Shown here piece after piece: positions 11,761 through 22,345 of a stretch of DNA of 64,000 nucleotides (position 1 is its first letter; each line of letters starts with the position of its first letter). The notes under the pieces are model-generated. The model saw only the letters and a list, made by a program, of their open reading frames with translations, searched no databases and was not told where the DNA came from. Both the position numbers and the translations under genes were made by a program. The stretch comes from Coniocarpon cinnabarinum (Eukaryota), in the NCBI GenBank assembly GCA_051942205.1, contig JAVECO010000131.1:1-64000 (forward strand). Reading direction: 5' to 3'.

Positions 11761-13296
11761 ATGCTCCATCCTAATATCCGGGACGACGGGCCCGTCTCCT
11801 TCCCCGAGCTCATGGCTCTGGAGAAAATCACGGAGACGACGTTTCGTTCCCGGACGGCGGCGTTTGCGCCCGGTGGTGCTCTTGTTGCGGTTACGGCTGC
11901 GGGGAATGAACGCAAGCGCACGTATGGGGGGCATGTGTTTGCGCAGGCGGTTTGGGCGGCGGCGCAGACGCTGTCGCCGGGTGTTCGCATGGTGTGTCAT
12001 GTGAGTATGTGATTCCCTTTTCGTGTGAGTATTTGGGGAATGAAGAAGAAGCAGCCTAGAGTTTACTTCTGTGCGAGTGAGGGATGACGAGAAATCGCTG
12101 TGGAGATTCAGTAGAAAGAGCAAAGAGCAAAGAGCAAAGAGCAAAGAGGAAAGAGGAAAGAGAGTAGGATTGTGCATTTATGAGAGGATGTCCAAGACTG
12201 GGGAAGCACCGAAGTTTTTGGTGTCTGTGAGATGCAAGGCTGACGAACATCAGAGCGTGACGGGTTTCTTTACGCTGTTGGGTGACCCCGACTTGCCTTT
12301 TGTGTATAAAGTTCATGAAGTGAGAACTGGATCAAGCTATGCCGTGAGGAATGTGGTGAGTGATCAGTGTCCTATCTTGCTGAATCAGACCGCAGCCATG
12401 AGCTCCCATTCCAATCATCACAATTACCGACATCAAGAGCTTCTCGTTGCAGGACGCTACCCACGCGCAGTTTGAGTAGAGCTAATACCTACGCGAAGAC
12501 AGTAACGCAAGAAGACTCTCGAGGCACTTGCTTCACCTGCACCGCCTCTTTCAAGAAGCCTACTCATAACCCTCCCAATCGCACGTATCAACAAGATGTC
12601 GACATCGAGTCGAAGTATGCAGAGGCAATTCAAGGTCGGAAACCGTGGGAACATGCGGACTACTTGAACACCGAACATCCTTCGTAAGTGTCTCCCTTTC
12701 CCACCCTTTTGCTTTAATGATCCCTAAAACCACACGCGTCTTTGTCACGGACCCATTCGATAATGAATAATGACTCTGACAAATCCCACAGGTTCCTCCA
12801 ACTCCCAGACGACTGGAAACACCATCCCTCCCTGTCCTTCCCCGGTCTCACCACCAAAAAAGTAAACATGACGCCCTACAACGCCCGCCGCCCCATCGAA
12901 GCCCGCCGCAGTCTCGCCTACTACACTCCCCTCTATTCGACCATGCCCTCCTACGCCGAAAGCCCGAACCTGCACATCTGCGCGCACCTCTACGCCAGCG
13001 ACCGAAACAGTCTCTTCCGGAGCGCAGACATGGTCGGTGTTGCCGACTGGAAGGCGATGGCGAGTCTAAGCCATACGGTTTTGATACATGAGACGGATGA
13101 GCGTGCGAGTGTGGCTGAGAATGGAGAGGGGAAGTGGATGTGTCAGGAGGCTTGGACGGATCGGTTGGCGGATGGACGGGTTACGCATTTCTCTAGGATT
13201 TGGAAGGGTGGCGTGCATTTGGCGTCGACGGTGCAGGATGGGATGTTGAGAGTACAAGAGGCTGGGAGTGGGAGTGGGAGTGGGAGTCGGTTGTGA
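11761..13296 (+). CDS. Peroxisomal acyl-CoA thioesterase II (TesB/TES1-like)
   Basis: Motifs YGGHVFAQAVWAAAQT, HLYASDRNSL, MASLSHTV and ASTVQDGMLR. Introns 12001-12253, 12356-12498 and about 12684-12791. The C-terminal SRL is a PTS1. The start codon is uncertain. Confidence 0.88.
12114..12162. repeat. Heptamer tandem repeat (C/G)AAAGAG x7 in thioesterase intron 1
   Basis: gaaagag (caaagag)4 gaaagag gaaagag read directly. Confidence 0.85.
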
Positions 13297-13465
13297 AGAG
13301 GCTTGTTGTTGATTTGAGTATCTTGGTATCTGCGTAGATATAGAATAGAGACTGCAAGTTGGATCGCATCTAGTTCCAGTTCCATTGGGGTATCATCATC
13401 ATTGAAATAATCATTTCTTTGCCGCTGCGTCATCTGTATGCATATGCGTAACTCTCGTGCCATTC

Positions 13466-14848
13466 TCAGTATCTCGAGAGAACACTCTGCTTCTTCGACG
13501 GCCGTTCCTCCCTGCCATCTTCACCCCTCCTTTTCTCCCCAATTCTACTCGCATTGGCACCAGTGCCCTCCCTCCCATCACGCCTGTTCCCACCACCATC
13601 ACCACCGCCACCGCCACCATAACCATTTCCATCCTTTCTCTTATCCCCAAGGAATCCCCCAAACCGTCCCGTATCCTCACTCCTCATATCGCGATACTTC
13701 GAAGCCCCCTTCTTCCCAATCTTCTTCTCATCCCGCCGTCTCAAATATTCCGGCAACGCGTCCTTACTCTCAACCTGATCCACGTACCGCGCACCCATGA
13801 GGTCTCGCTTCGCCAACTCCGCCCCCTCGCCATCATCCTGAAAGAACGCCCCCCGATGCTGGTACTTCTGCATGAACCCCATTTTTCCCTTGGTTTCTCG
13901 TTCTTCTTTTTGTTTCTCGAGGACTTCGCGGTCTTCGGCTTCGCGCTCGGGCGTGCTGAGGTTTCGTCGACGCTCTACCTCTGCGATCTCGGCTTCGCGT
14001 TCTTCCAGGGCGGCGCGGTCGCGTTTTAAGCGAGCTAATTCGCGGGCGATCCACTGTTGGTGCTCGAGTTCCGGATTGAGGCCGTCGCGGTCGTCGATGG
14101 CTTCTTCGTCGAGGACGCCGGTCTCGTCGTCGTCCCATGCTTTGCTCCTGGCTGCTTTCTCCGCGGCGCGCGCGTCGCCTAGGTCTTGGAGGAGGGCGTC
14201 GGTTGCTGCTTTTCGGCGGGCGGTGTCGGTTGTGTCTGTGGAGGTGACGTACAGAGTGTCGATTGCGGGGTGGTTTGTGCGGGTGAATTGCTTGGTGAAG
14301 ATTGGGCGGAGGAGTTTGGGTTGGTCGTCTTCTGAAGATTCGGAGGCGGATTCGTCTTCGCTTTCTTCTTCGCTTGGAGATGAGGAGTCTTTTTCTGCCT
14401 CGTCTGGTGGTGAGATCTCTTGACTGTTTCTTGCAACGGGCGGTTCGCCATGTGCGGGGATGCTCTTCCCTTCAGCTTCGTCTTCGTCTTCATCTTCACT
14501 CTCTTCACTCTCCGTCACGAAACCGGCCTCTCGTTCCATCCGCTCTCGGTCCTCTCTCTCAATCCGCTTACGAATCTCTTCCTCATACTGATCGAGTTTC
14601 CGTTGCTTCTCATCCACCTGCTTCCGCTGGACGCTGATCTGTTTGGGAAAGCTGGTAGCCTTGGGCGGGGGCTGTTTCGCCGTCGGCGCGGATATCTGCT
14701 CCTCGAGATCTTCATCTTCTTCCTCGTCTTCATCCTCGTCTTCCTCTTCTTCTGAGGATTCGGAGAGCTTCTTGCCGGCGCGGTAGCGTGCGGGGCGGAG
14801 GGGGTTTGCTGTCATGCGGCTTTTGAGCGGGACGCGAGGGACGGACAT
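13466..14848 (-). CDS. MFAP1: Microfibrillar-associated protein 1 family spliceosomal factor
   Basis: Single 460-aa ORF with N-terminal RMTANPLRPARYRAGK, acidic tracts and the MFAP1 C-terminal domain IDDRDGLNPELEHQQWIARELARLKRDR...KMGFMQKYQHRGAFF...KKGASKYRDMRSEDT. Confidence 0.92.
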   Translation of the reverse strand: MSVPRVPLKSRMTANPLRPARYRAGKKLSESSEEEEDEDEDEEEDEDLEEQISAPTAKQPPPKATSFPKQISVQRKQVDEKQRKLDQYEEEIRKRIEREDRERMEREAGFVTESEESEDEDEDEAEGKSIPAHGEPPVARNSQEISPPDEAEKDSSSPSEEESEDESASESSEDDQPKLLRPIFTKQFTRTNHPAIDTLYVTSTDTTDTARRKAATDALLQDLGDARAAEKAARSKAWDDDETGVLDEEAIDDRDGLNPELEHQQWIARELARLKRDRAALEEREAEIAEVERRRNLSTPEREAEDREVLEKQKEERETKGKMGFMQKYQHRGAFFQDDGEGAELAKRDLMGARYVDQVESKDALPEYLRRRDEKKIGKKGASKYRDMRSEDTGRFGGFLGDKRKDGNGYGGGGGGDGGGNRRDGREGTGANASRIGEKRRGEDGREERPSKKQSVLSRY

Positions 14849-15259
14849 TATGGCGGTGGCGTATGATTGGAGAGTCTTGACCGGACTAACAACCTAGTGA
14901 AGCTCTTGGATTCTCAGTTGACTCCGAAATCATTGGATACGCACTGGTATTCTTCTTCAAGATTTCAAGCCTTAAAACCAAGGCAGCTAGATCTCCAGGC
15001 TCTGTAGGAATAGGGATATGGCAATGGTGAAGATCTTTTCTTTAATACAGGTTACTTTCGCAGCTTGACGTGTGCTAGACCCTGTCATGACGCGTATGAA
15101 AACGCTGTGTACTAGACATGCGCTTATTCTCAAAGAAGCTCAGACATAGGTCGTAGGTGATTCAACCAACCTTTTCAAGAGCAGTTCGAAGAACGCATGA
15201 CCAGGATCACGCAAAGTTCAGATCACAGAGCTATTTGAAGAGGCGCCTAAGGCCTGAAA

Positions 15260-16237
15260 ATGTCTCAGACGTCGGGATCATACGTCGACCATCCACTCGC
15301 ATTTCTTCTTCCAGGCTCTTCAGCTTCTATAATTGTCACACTGCTATTGGTGATCCCTCTTATGGTAACCTATACTGCGCAAGCCTCACGGACATACTTC
15401 CCGAATCTCAAGAATGCGCGGATTCTCCTTCTCACAGCTCATCCGGATGACGAGGTCATGTTCTTCGCACCAACGGTGCTCGCGCTGACTGACCGCGAAG
15501 CTGGCAATCATCTCAAAGTGCTTTGTCTTTCACGAGGAAATGCTGATAGACTTGGCGAGCTGCGGCAAAGGGAGCTGACGGAAAGCTGTAGACGGCTTGG
15601 CCTTCGCGAGGAGGATTCGATGTGTCTTGAGGACAAGCAACTGCAGGATGGCTTTCATTCCTGGAACTCGACGTATATCCGCGACATGTTGCTGCGCTTC
15701 TTCACGCAGGATGAAGGCAAAGCTGCGACCATAGACGCAATCGTGACATTTGACGCTGTTGGTGTGAGTAATCATCCAAACCACAGGAGCTGCTTCGAAG
15801 CTGCAAAGGCATTTGCCGACGCCATGCACGGCCGAGTCGGTGGCGCTGGTTGGGAAGTACCCGTTGCTGTGTACAGTCTGACCAGCGTGAATATCTTGCG
15901 CAAGTACAGTGGCGCGGTGGACGTCGTGGCGAGCGTCGCCATGTCAATGTTTCATATCATCACCCGCAAAGACAAGGATAAGCCAGGTTGGAAAAGTTTC
16001 CAAGGTCAGACACCAAAGGCCAAGGAGCGAGACAACATCGACGCCAAAGATGCTGGCAAAGTGGTTCAGACTGGCAAGTTGTCCACGCATTTGCTGTTTG
16101 TCAGTGGTCTCGGAGACTGGATGAAAAGCCTAGGCGCAATGACGCAGGGCCACAAGAGCCAAATGGTGTGGTTCAGATGGGGCTGGGTCAGTTTGGGACG
16201 GTACCTCTGGGTGAACGATCTGAGGCGAGTCCGATGA
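15260..16237 (+). CDS. GPI12: N-acetylglucosaminyl-phosphatidylinositol de-N-acetylase (PIG-L)
   Basis: N-terminal TM segment, AHPDDEVMFFAPT, TFDAVGVSNHPNH and C-terminal HKSQMVWFRWGWVSLGRY. Confidence 0.93.
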   Translation: MSQTSGSYVDHPLAFLLPGSSASIIVTLLLVIPLMVTYTAQASRTYFPNLKNARILLLTAHPDDEVMFFAPTVLALTDREAGNHLKVLCLSRGNADRLGELRQRELTESCRRLGLREEDSMCLEDKQLQDGFHSWNSTYIRDMLLRFFTQDEGKAATIDAIVTFDAVGVSNHPNHRSCFEAAKAFADAMHGRVGGAGWEVPVAVYSLTSVNILRKYSGAVDVVASVAMSMFHIITRKDKDKPGWKSFQGQTPKAKERDNIDAKDAGKVVQTGKLSTHLLFVSGLGDWMKSLGAMTQGHKSQMVWFRWGWVSLGRYLWVNDLRRVR

Positions 16238-16545
16238 ATCGAAGTGAATCCTTTTCTGCCTCTGGCAAACGATCAGGTCGGATCTCCCTAAAGTGGAATT
16301 GTGCGAGGGCACGCATATTGTGCTCGACTGACAGCTATGTTGGCGTACTGACTGTCAGAGATCCGTCGGCTGCTGGGATAGCGTCCAGGATGTTCGAAGT
16401 CACGCATTTGGCAAAGTGACCCAGATCCCTGTCGCAGGTCTCTTCGACAGCCTTCACGACTAACTTGACGTTCGAAAAATGGCCAGACAAGCATCCACGG
16501 CAAACTAGTTAGTATCCAACTCTCCTGCTCTTGGCATCTGCGATC

Positions 16546-17217
16546 TTACAGGTGTTGATTGCCAGACTCGTTATCATCGCTTCTCGATTCAATGGCCTCG
16601 TGCATCTCTTTTAGCAATCCCCACACGAGTCTCGGTATCGACGTGAGTTCGTCTTCGTTTCTCGGAACCGGTTTGATAGCGCCGGGCTGTAGGAGGGTTT
16701 CCCACGCAGGTATTTGACAAGCTTTTGCATGAGCTAATCTGTGTTCCTCCGTCCAGAGGATCAGCCCCACTTTCAGAGCGGCGTCAACCTCGCTTGCTTG
16801 TCCTTGATAATGCTGCAGTTCCTCGCAAAACTCGAACATCATGTTCGAGAGATCACGTTGTGTCGATCTGCGACAAGCAGATCCAGGACCTTTCGGCATT
16901 TCCATATTGAATTCGGCCTTGTCATAGTCCTCATACTTCCTGAGGTCCCTTGTGGTCGTTCTTGGATCATCCATTGCTTGGGAGATGATGCTGTTATCTT
17001 GTCGGATAAAACGTTTGTATTCGCTCATTTCGAACAGCTCGACTTTCATCAGTGTGAGGTACATGCAGGCTGCTTGGGACACTGCACCCACCAGCGTCCC
17101 TCTAGATGATGTTGACTTTGCTAGAGGGGTGTCGTCGAGCTGCTGCTGGGACGACGTGGTTGGTGCAGTGTCCCCCTCACTGGATCGATCACCGGAGACA
17201 GTGTCAAAGTGAGCCAT
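16546..17217 (-). CDS. Hypothetical protein
   Basis: 223-aa ORF from the first ATG (17217) with a plausible helical composition. No recognised motif. Confidence 0.55.
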   Translation of the reverse strand: MAHFDTVSGDRSSEGDTAPTTSSQQQLDDTPLAKSTSSRGTLVGAVSQAACMYLTLMKVELFEMSEYKRFIRQDNSIISQAMDDPRTTTRDLRKYEDYDKAEFNMEMPKGPGSACRRSTQRDLSNMMFEFCEELQHYQGQASEVDAALKVGLILWTEEHRLAHAKACQIPAWETLLQPGAIKPVPRNEDELTSIPRLVWGLLKEMHEAIESRSDDNESGNQHL

Positions 17218-17755
17218 AAGACTGTTTCTATCGTTAGCACAGGATGCTACGAGTATTCTATCTAGATGGCTTTGTGCTCTGTGTTGATCAGCTTGGTTGA
17301 GAGTAAAGATGAGTGGAGCGAGCAGATATATTTGCAAGAGCGGGGGCGCTAAGGAGGCAGGTGAAAACGCAATCTTGTTTCAGGTGCAGCCTTTGCATGT
17401 GCTTGTCCTCGTGACTCATGGATCAATAAGGTAGTCTGTTCCGCTGGAAGGATCCGCAGGACCGTCTCAGCTGCACAGTGATGTTCACGACAGGTGCAAT
17501 CAATCTGCAAAGCAAAAAGTTTATGGCTTACCCACCAAGCCTATCACTTCCAGATATAGTACCATATATTTAATTTTGGGACACCTCGAAGGATTCAAAA
17601 GTCAAGCATCAAGTATGCAATAGACTCCTATTCTCCAAATGCCTGAATGTCCTCACTGCCTCTCACGACCTTTACAAGCTCCCTTGAACCCATTTGGTAC
17701 CTTTGAATATCGCATTTGGTAACCTACATCGAGGTTAAATTTGGAAAGTATCGCG

Positions 17756-18745
17756 ATGATACACTCCCGGAAATCCTCCCTCTCTAATTCCTTTCGAATG
17801 CTGTCCTTCAAGAACAAGCGCAAGTCCTCTCACATGGACGACGCTCAGCCTATTGAAGTTTCAATGGACATGTTTGAGAACCCCCGTCGAGTGCGATCAG
17901 AACCACCATTTGCGTCTACTACTATATCTACTCCAAAGACATCACTCACAATGTCCGAAACGGTCTCAAAAGCTTCACCGAAGGCAACGACACATGTTGG
18001 ACAAGCATCGCTGGATTCCCACCGCTACGCACTCAAACCAGCGACACCACTGTCTGAAACTGCCTCGGAGGCAGCAAAGGCTTCAAAAGGGCCTGCCTCA
18101 GAAGAACTATGTACTATGATTGAATTCTTGCGTGAGGCACCCTTGGCTCCCATTGACCGTGTTTCAGTTTCGGACAATTTGCAAGTCGAGAAAGATAATG
18201 CGACTAAAGATCAGTCGACGAAGGTGTTGCCACATCATATTACAGTCCCTTGTGCAGAAGTCTACCATGCTCTGCTGTCCCATCTCGAACTGGTCGAGGA
18301 GTCTCTCTCGATCAGCGACACAGAAGACGTAGTAGAGCCTACACGAAACGAGGGCAAATGTGTTCGAAACTCAGTCTTCGTCAGAGATTGGTGGAACGCA
18401 TATGAGCAACTCTCAGATGATCCCTCCAAGGGCGCTGATATGGAGAATATGTTCTTCGACAAAGCAGTTGAAGGCGAAGCTTCAGATAGGCGCACGAGAA
18501 ACACGGCACGCCTGCAGCGTTGTGAAGATGAAGAGACATGTAGAGACACGGCATTGCACATTGCGCAACGTCTTCAGGCGGACTTTAAGCAGACAGCGGA
18601 AATAGAAAATGCGGTATGCAGGGCTCAGAACATCGCTCGGCGATATAAGCCGTTGTCTATAGCAGTGCAGGAAAGTAAGGAAACTGGCAAGACATCGGAT
18701 TATTGGTCACTGCTGGCCAAAACTTCTGGCTACTGGGACTCTTAG
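17756..18745 (+). CDS. Hypothetical protein
   Basis: About 329-aa uninterrupted ORF from ATG 17756, with a Ser/Thr-rich N-terminus and helical C-terminus. No recognised motif. Confidence 0.6.
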   Translation: MIHSRKSSLSNSFRMLSFKNKRKSSHMDDAQPIEVSMDMFENPRRVRSEPPFASTTISTPKTSLTMSETVSKASPKATTHVGQASLDSHRYALKPATPLSETASEAAKASKGPASEELCTMIEFLREAPLAPIDRVSVSDNLQVEKDNATKDQSTKVLPHHITVPCAEVYHALLSHLELVEESLSISDTEDVVEPTRNEGKCVRNSVFVRDWWNAYEQLSDDPSKGADMENMFFDKAVEGEASDRRTRNTARLQRCEDEETCRDTALHIAQRLQADFKQTAEIENAVCRAQNIARRYKPLSIAVQESKETGKTSDYWSLLAKTSGYWDS

Positions 18746-19835
18746 GTGGACGAGGATGATCCTTTGCACCGATGTGTTTGATATGCCGCTATCTCTGGAT
18801 CTGCTTTGGATTATCATTGGGTATTGCCTTGGATTGCCCTCCTGCTAATTGGTAGCAATAGTCCGAAGCAAGGAATGAAGTTGACCAATTTGCAAAGTCG
18901 CGCATTCCTAGGTCGCAGGCTCGTAGATTAATAAAGCATCTAGCAGACCTACATTCATCAAGACAAGCCAAAAACTGATGGTATGGTCCGTTTAAAAGTT
19001 GATTGACGTCTTGTGTAAGAGTATGGATCGAAGAACACCAATGGCATTATTTGTGGGTGTACCCAGTCGTCGATCCGGCCCAAGTCCAAGCGAATGTTGC
19101 TGCACAAGACCCGCCTAGGCGCCTGAATACCTTTAGAAGCAACAACGTCCTTTGAATATGTATCGAATACGTAGATGAGCTATCCACAACCCCTCTGGAA
19201 CATTGCAGCCAGTTAAGACGCTACAACGGCTGACTAAATGTATCTTGTAAACACTAAAGTGACTCTTGCGCTTCGCTACAAAATTTGTCGCTTCGAACCG
19301 TCATACTACTTTGAGACTTCCTGTGTTTTTGTACTGGCCACCAAAGCAAGTTTGTCGTTCACTTGTTGTCAAGCTCCTCAAACGAGTCAGTGAGCTGCGG
19401 TGATTTGTTGCTCTACGAATCTTCTGCATACACGTGTATTTACATTGCGACATTGTCATTTGCCTTTCGTGTAGCCTCGCAACTTAAGATGTCACCGTCA
19501 ACTCTGCCTTCACCTGCGCTAAGGCGACTGCCACGATATAAGACAATGTTGAAAATTCGCAGATCAAGAGTCGTTTCACACAATCGAAAACACTTGGAAA
19601 CAGCGTCCGCCTCAGCAGAGGGAACGACACAGAGTATCACAATCGCAACGAGGAACAGTGTCACACCTCACTCGATACTCATCAAACACTCAGGTACAAA
19701 GGACAATGCAGTACTGTGCAGGCAATGAGACAAGATCGCTTTGTACCTCAGCGTTGCAATCCAGGCAACATACTTGTATTCTTGCAAAGAGTCTAACTGA
19801 GCAGACAGAATAAGCCCAAACTATATGCACCCAAT

Positions 19836-20201
19836 ATGTGCATCCTCTTACGGCTACGTTATAGCTGCGGACACAACGGACCACAATTGTTGAAGTACGA
19901 AACAGATGTCGTCGAAATAGAAGGCGATGACCCAGCAGGTTTGGGCGCCTCCATCGAAGAACGAGAGTCGACGATCAAAGGCAGGGAGATTCTTAAGCGA
20001 ATGAGTGCGCTAACGAGAGGCGAGCGTGTGATGAAGGGGGTCTACATTGACTGGTTGGAAGCTATCGTTTTTCCATGTTGGAGGCAAAACGACCAAACGA
20101 ACGTGGCTTGCGCGATTAGTCGGAATACGACAGCTGTGCTAGAAGATCAGTGCTCGGGTTGTCAGATACATACAGCAAGACAAGGCGCAGGTCGAAGGTG
20201 A
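19836..20201 (+). CDS. Small hypothetical Cys/His protein (MC...Y-S-C-G-H ... C ... CxxC pattern)
   Basis: 121-aa ORF starting MCILLRLRYSCGH and ending ...C...EDQCSGCQ, a layout common among small fungal putative zinc-binding proteins. Confidence 0.55.
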   Translation: MCILLRLRYSCGHNGPQLLKYETDVVEIEGDDPAGLGASIEERESTIKGREILKRMSALTRGERVMKGVYIDWLEAIVFPCWRQNDQTNVACAISRNTTAVLEDQCSGCQIHTARQGAGRR

Positions 20202-21435
20202 GGATGAGTAAGAGCTCACCGTCAATGTGCTTTCACGTTACGACGTAGGTGCCGGCTAGAGGTCTTGCCGCTCTCAAGTGTTAGGTATAAGCTGTTCATG
20301 GCGTACAGTGGCGATTCCAGGAGGAAAGTGCAGTTGAATGTCAGCGGCGCTCATTCCGCGTGATCCACCTTCTGGTACGTCTTGCTACACCCGTTTCTTG
20401 CCTGTCTTCCTCCAGAGCTTTCACTCTTGCGAAGTCCTTCAACATCACACATTTGGCCGCTGATTTGTCCGCACAAGAGTACCGGCTAATCTTTCAACGG
20501 CTTAAAGAACTCAGACGATCGACACATCTTCCTAATGTGTCACGTTGTCAGCCTGGTCTTCGTGGCGTGCCGACACGCGCCACTACCAACGCACGAGCGA
20601 CCAGACCCCCGTCTCATGATCCAAGACGCGGAACTATCGCTACAAGACCAATATTTGCCAGTCACAACCATCGGAAAGCAGTTGGCCGAGATCGCTGCAA
20701 CAAGAGTATGTACTATTTCTCATTGTTTTCGTGAAAGGGCCAACGAGAGTGTGTCGGGACACGAAGCCTTACCTAGAAGACTTAGGGCTATCTCCTTGCT
20801 ACTTGTTCATTCTTCTAGGAGCTTCCAAGGATTGCTGACAGAAGGTCCAGGAATGCCCATTGCACGGCACCGAGAATTTAAAGTGGCGAAGTCCGAGCCG
20901 CTTAATGTGGCGATGTCAAGCATGCGAAGAAGGACAGGGACTCTGCAGTGGAGCAGTTGTCGAGCTGGCATACTTGCAAGGGGTCGTCGAGATACTAGAA
21001 TCCGGCGGGGCGAGGGGACTGGCAATTTCGACCAATTCAATATGCCAAGAATGCGCGAAGGAGCGCCCCGCGGCCAAGGAAGGATGGGTGTGGTACCATT
21101 GGCAGTTTTGAGAGCGAGGTGGAACAATGGTAATAATCTTCATTCAGCCAGTACAATGGGCTGCAGGTGGTCAATGCGCCGCCGGAAACATGCATGAATC
21201 CACAGTCAGCCCAAAACTACTTTTCTTTCTTCATCTTCACGTAAAGCGCAGTCGCCAACATTCTACTAAACGTAATAGCACTCGTCATATACAAGAGATT
21301 GCTCAAAACGACAATATCAAGCGACAGCAGCAGCACAAACCTGTTCCTCACCTTTTGATTTGACCATACCGTCAATATCACATTTCTACCGACAACCTCA
21401 CTCATTCAGCGCAGTGAGATCTACTATTCGCAAGG

Positions 21436-22095
21436 ATGCACACACTCGACTACATCCTGGCCACAGTCGCCGCCAACTTCTTCTACCTCAACTACGAGGT
21501 ATACCGCGTGGAGCAACGGATCGACCAGGAGTTCTTCGATGCACACGCTTGGGCAGTCAGCAACCACACTGCAGAACTCGTCAAGACGCTGAATGCGGTC
21601 TCTGCTCAAGCCAACAGAGCGGCAACCCCAGTCGCGAACGCCAATCATCTGCGTTGGGAGGACCTCTTGCTGCTGGTCTGTTTCCAGTTTTTGCTCAGCT
21701 ATGGGCCTGCTTTGCTTGACCTGCTCCTCATGGGGAAAGCGAAACGTGACAAGTTCCGGTCACAGACGCGCGACGAAGCCGCACTGCCAACCAGTAGACC
21801 AGCTCAGCAGGATCCAACAGGCGTTCAAGAAGGCACTACATCTGAACGACGGCCTGATCAAGCAACGCAACGGCCAAAATACAAAGACGCAGGAATTGAA
21901 ACGATGCCCGGTAAGTGATTGGCCCAACCCGTGTGCTGTTTTGCCCGTTCAGCTATGACAAAGCAGTGATATTGCCTGATCTCGTGGGTGACCTTGAAAT
22001 GACTCTTACTAACACGTGATCCAGCGCCTCAGCAGCAAGTCAACGATCCTATCGACAACTCCAATGAGGGCGCAGCTGGCGGCGAAATGCCGTGA
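21436..22095 (+). CDS. Hypothetical protein with hydrophobic segments
   Basis: Exon 21436-21910, intron 21911-22024 (GTAAGT...TACTAAC...CAG), exon 22025-22095 in frame to TGA. C-rich codon usage. Confidence 0.65.
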
Positions 22096-22345
22096 TATAG
22101 GAAGAAATGTGGAATAGAAGAAAGGGAGTGAAGTGTTGGGGCGAGATGCATCCGGTCAGGGGCACTAGGCTTTTTGTGAAAGATCTGACAGAGCCGGGAT
22201 ATTCCGATGGAGCTGGTCTTCAGATATCTCTAATCTCAGCAAAATCTTGATCTGATTTTCATCCTTGTTTCTGCGCTTTCTCCGAATTGCCATTGTGCTG
22301 CATATATCCATGGCCAAGACAGTCCCCTAGAAAGCGCTGTCATCC

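Noticed and set aside
12356..12498. Possible stwintron in thioesterase intron 2 (internal GCTGAA...CAG)
   Set aside because: Removing the putative inner intron does not rebuild a valid outer donor. A plain intron with an AAG acceptor explains the frame.
13438..14755. Plus-strand ORFs overlapping MFAP1 (similar shadow ORFs occur over LDB19, GTPBP1, GH28, the carboxylesterase and AA11)
   Set aside because: Antisense shadows arising from the codon bias of the real gene.
20360..21197. ORFs 20360-20734 and 20535-21197
   Set aside because: Non-ATG or poor starts, unnatural composition and no supporting splice pattern.
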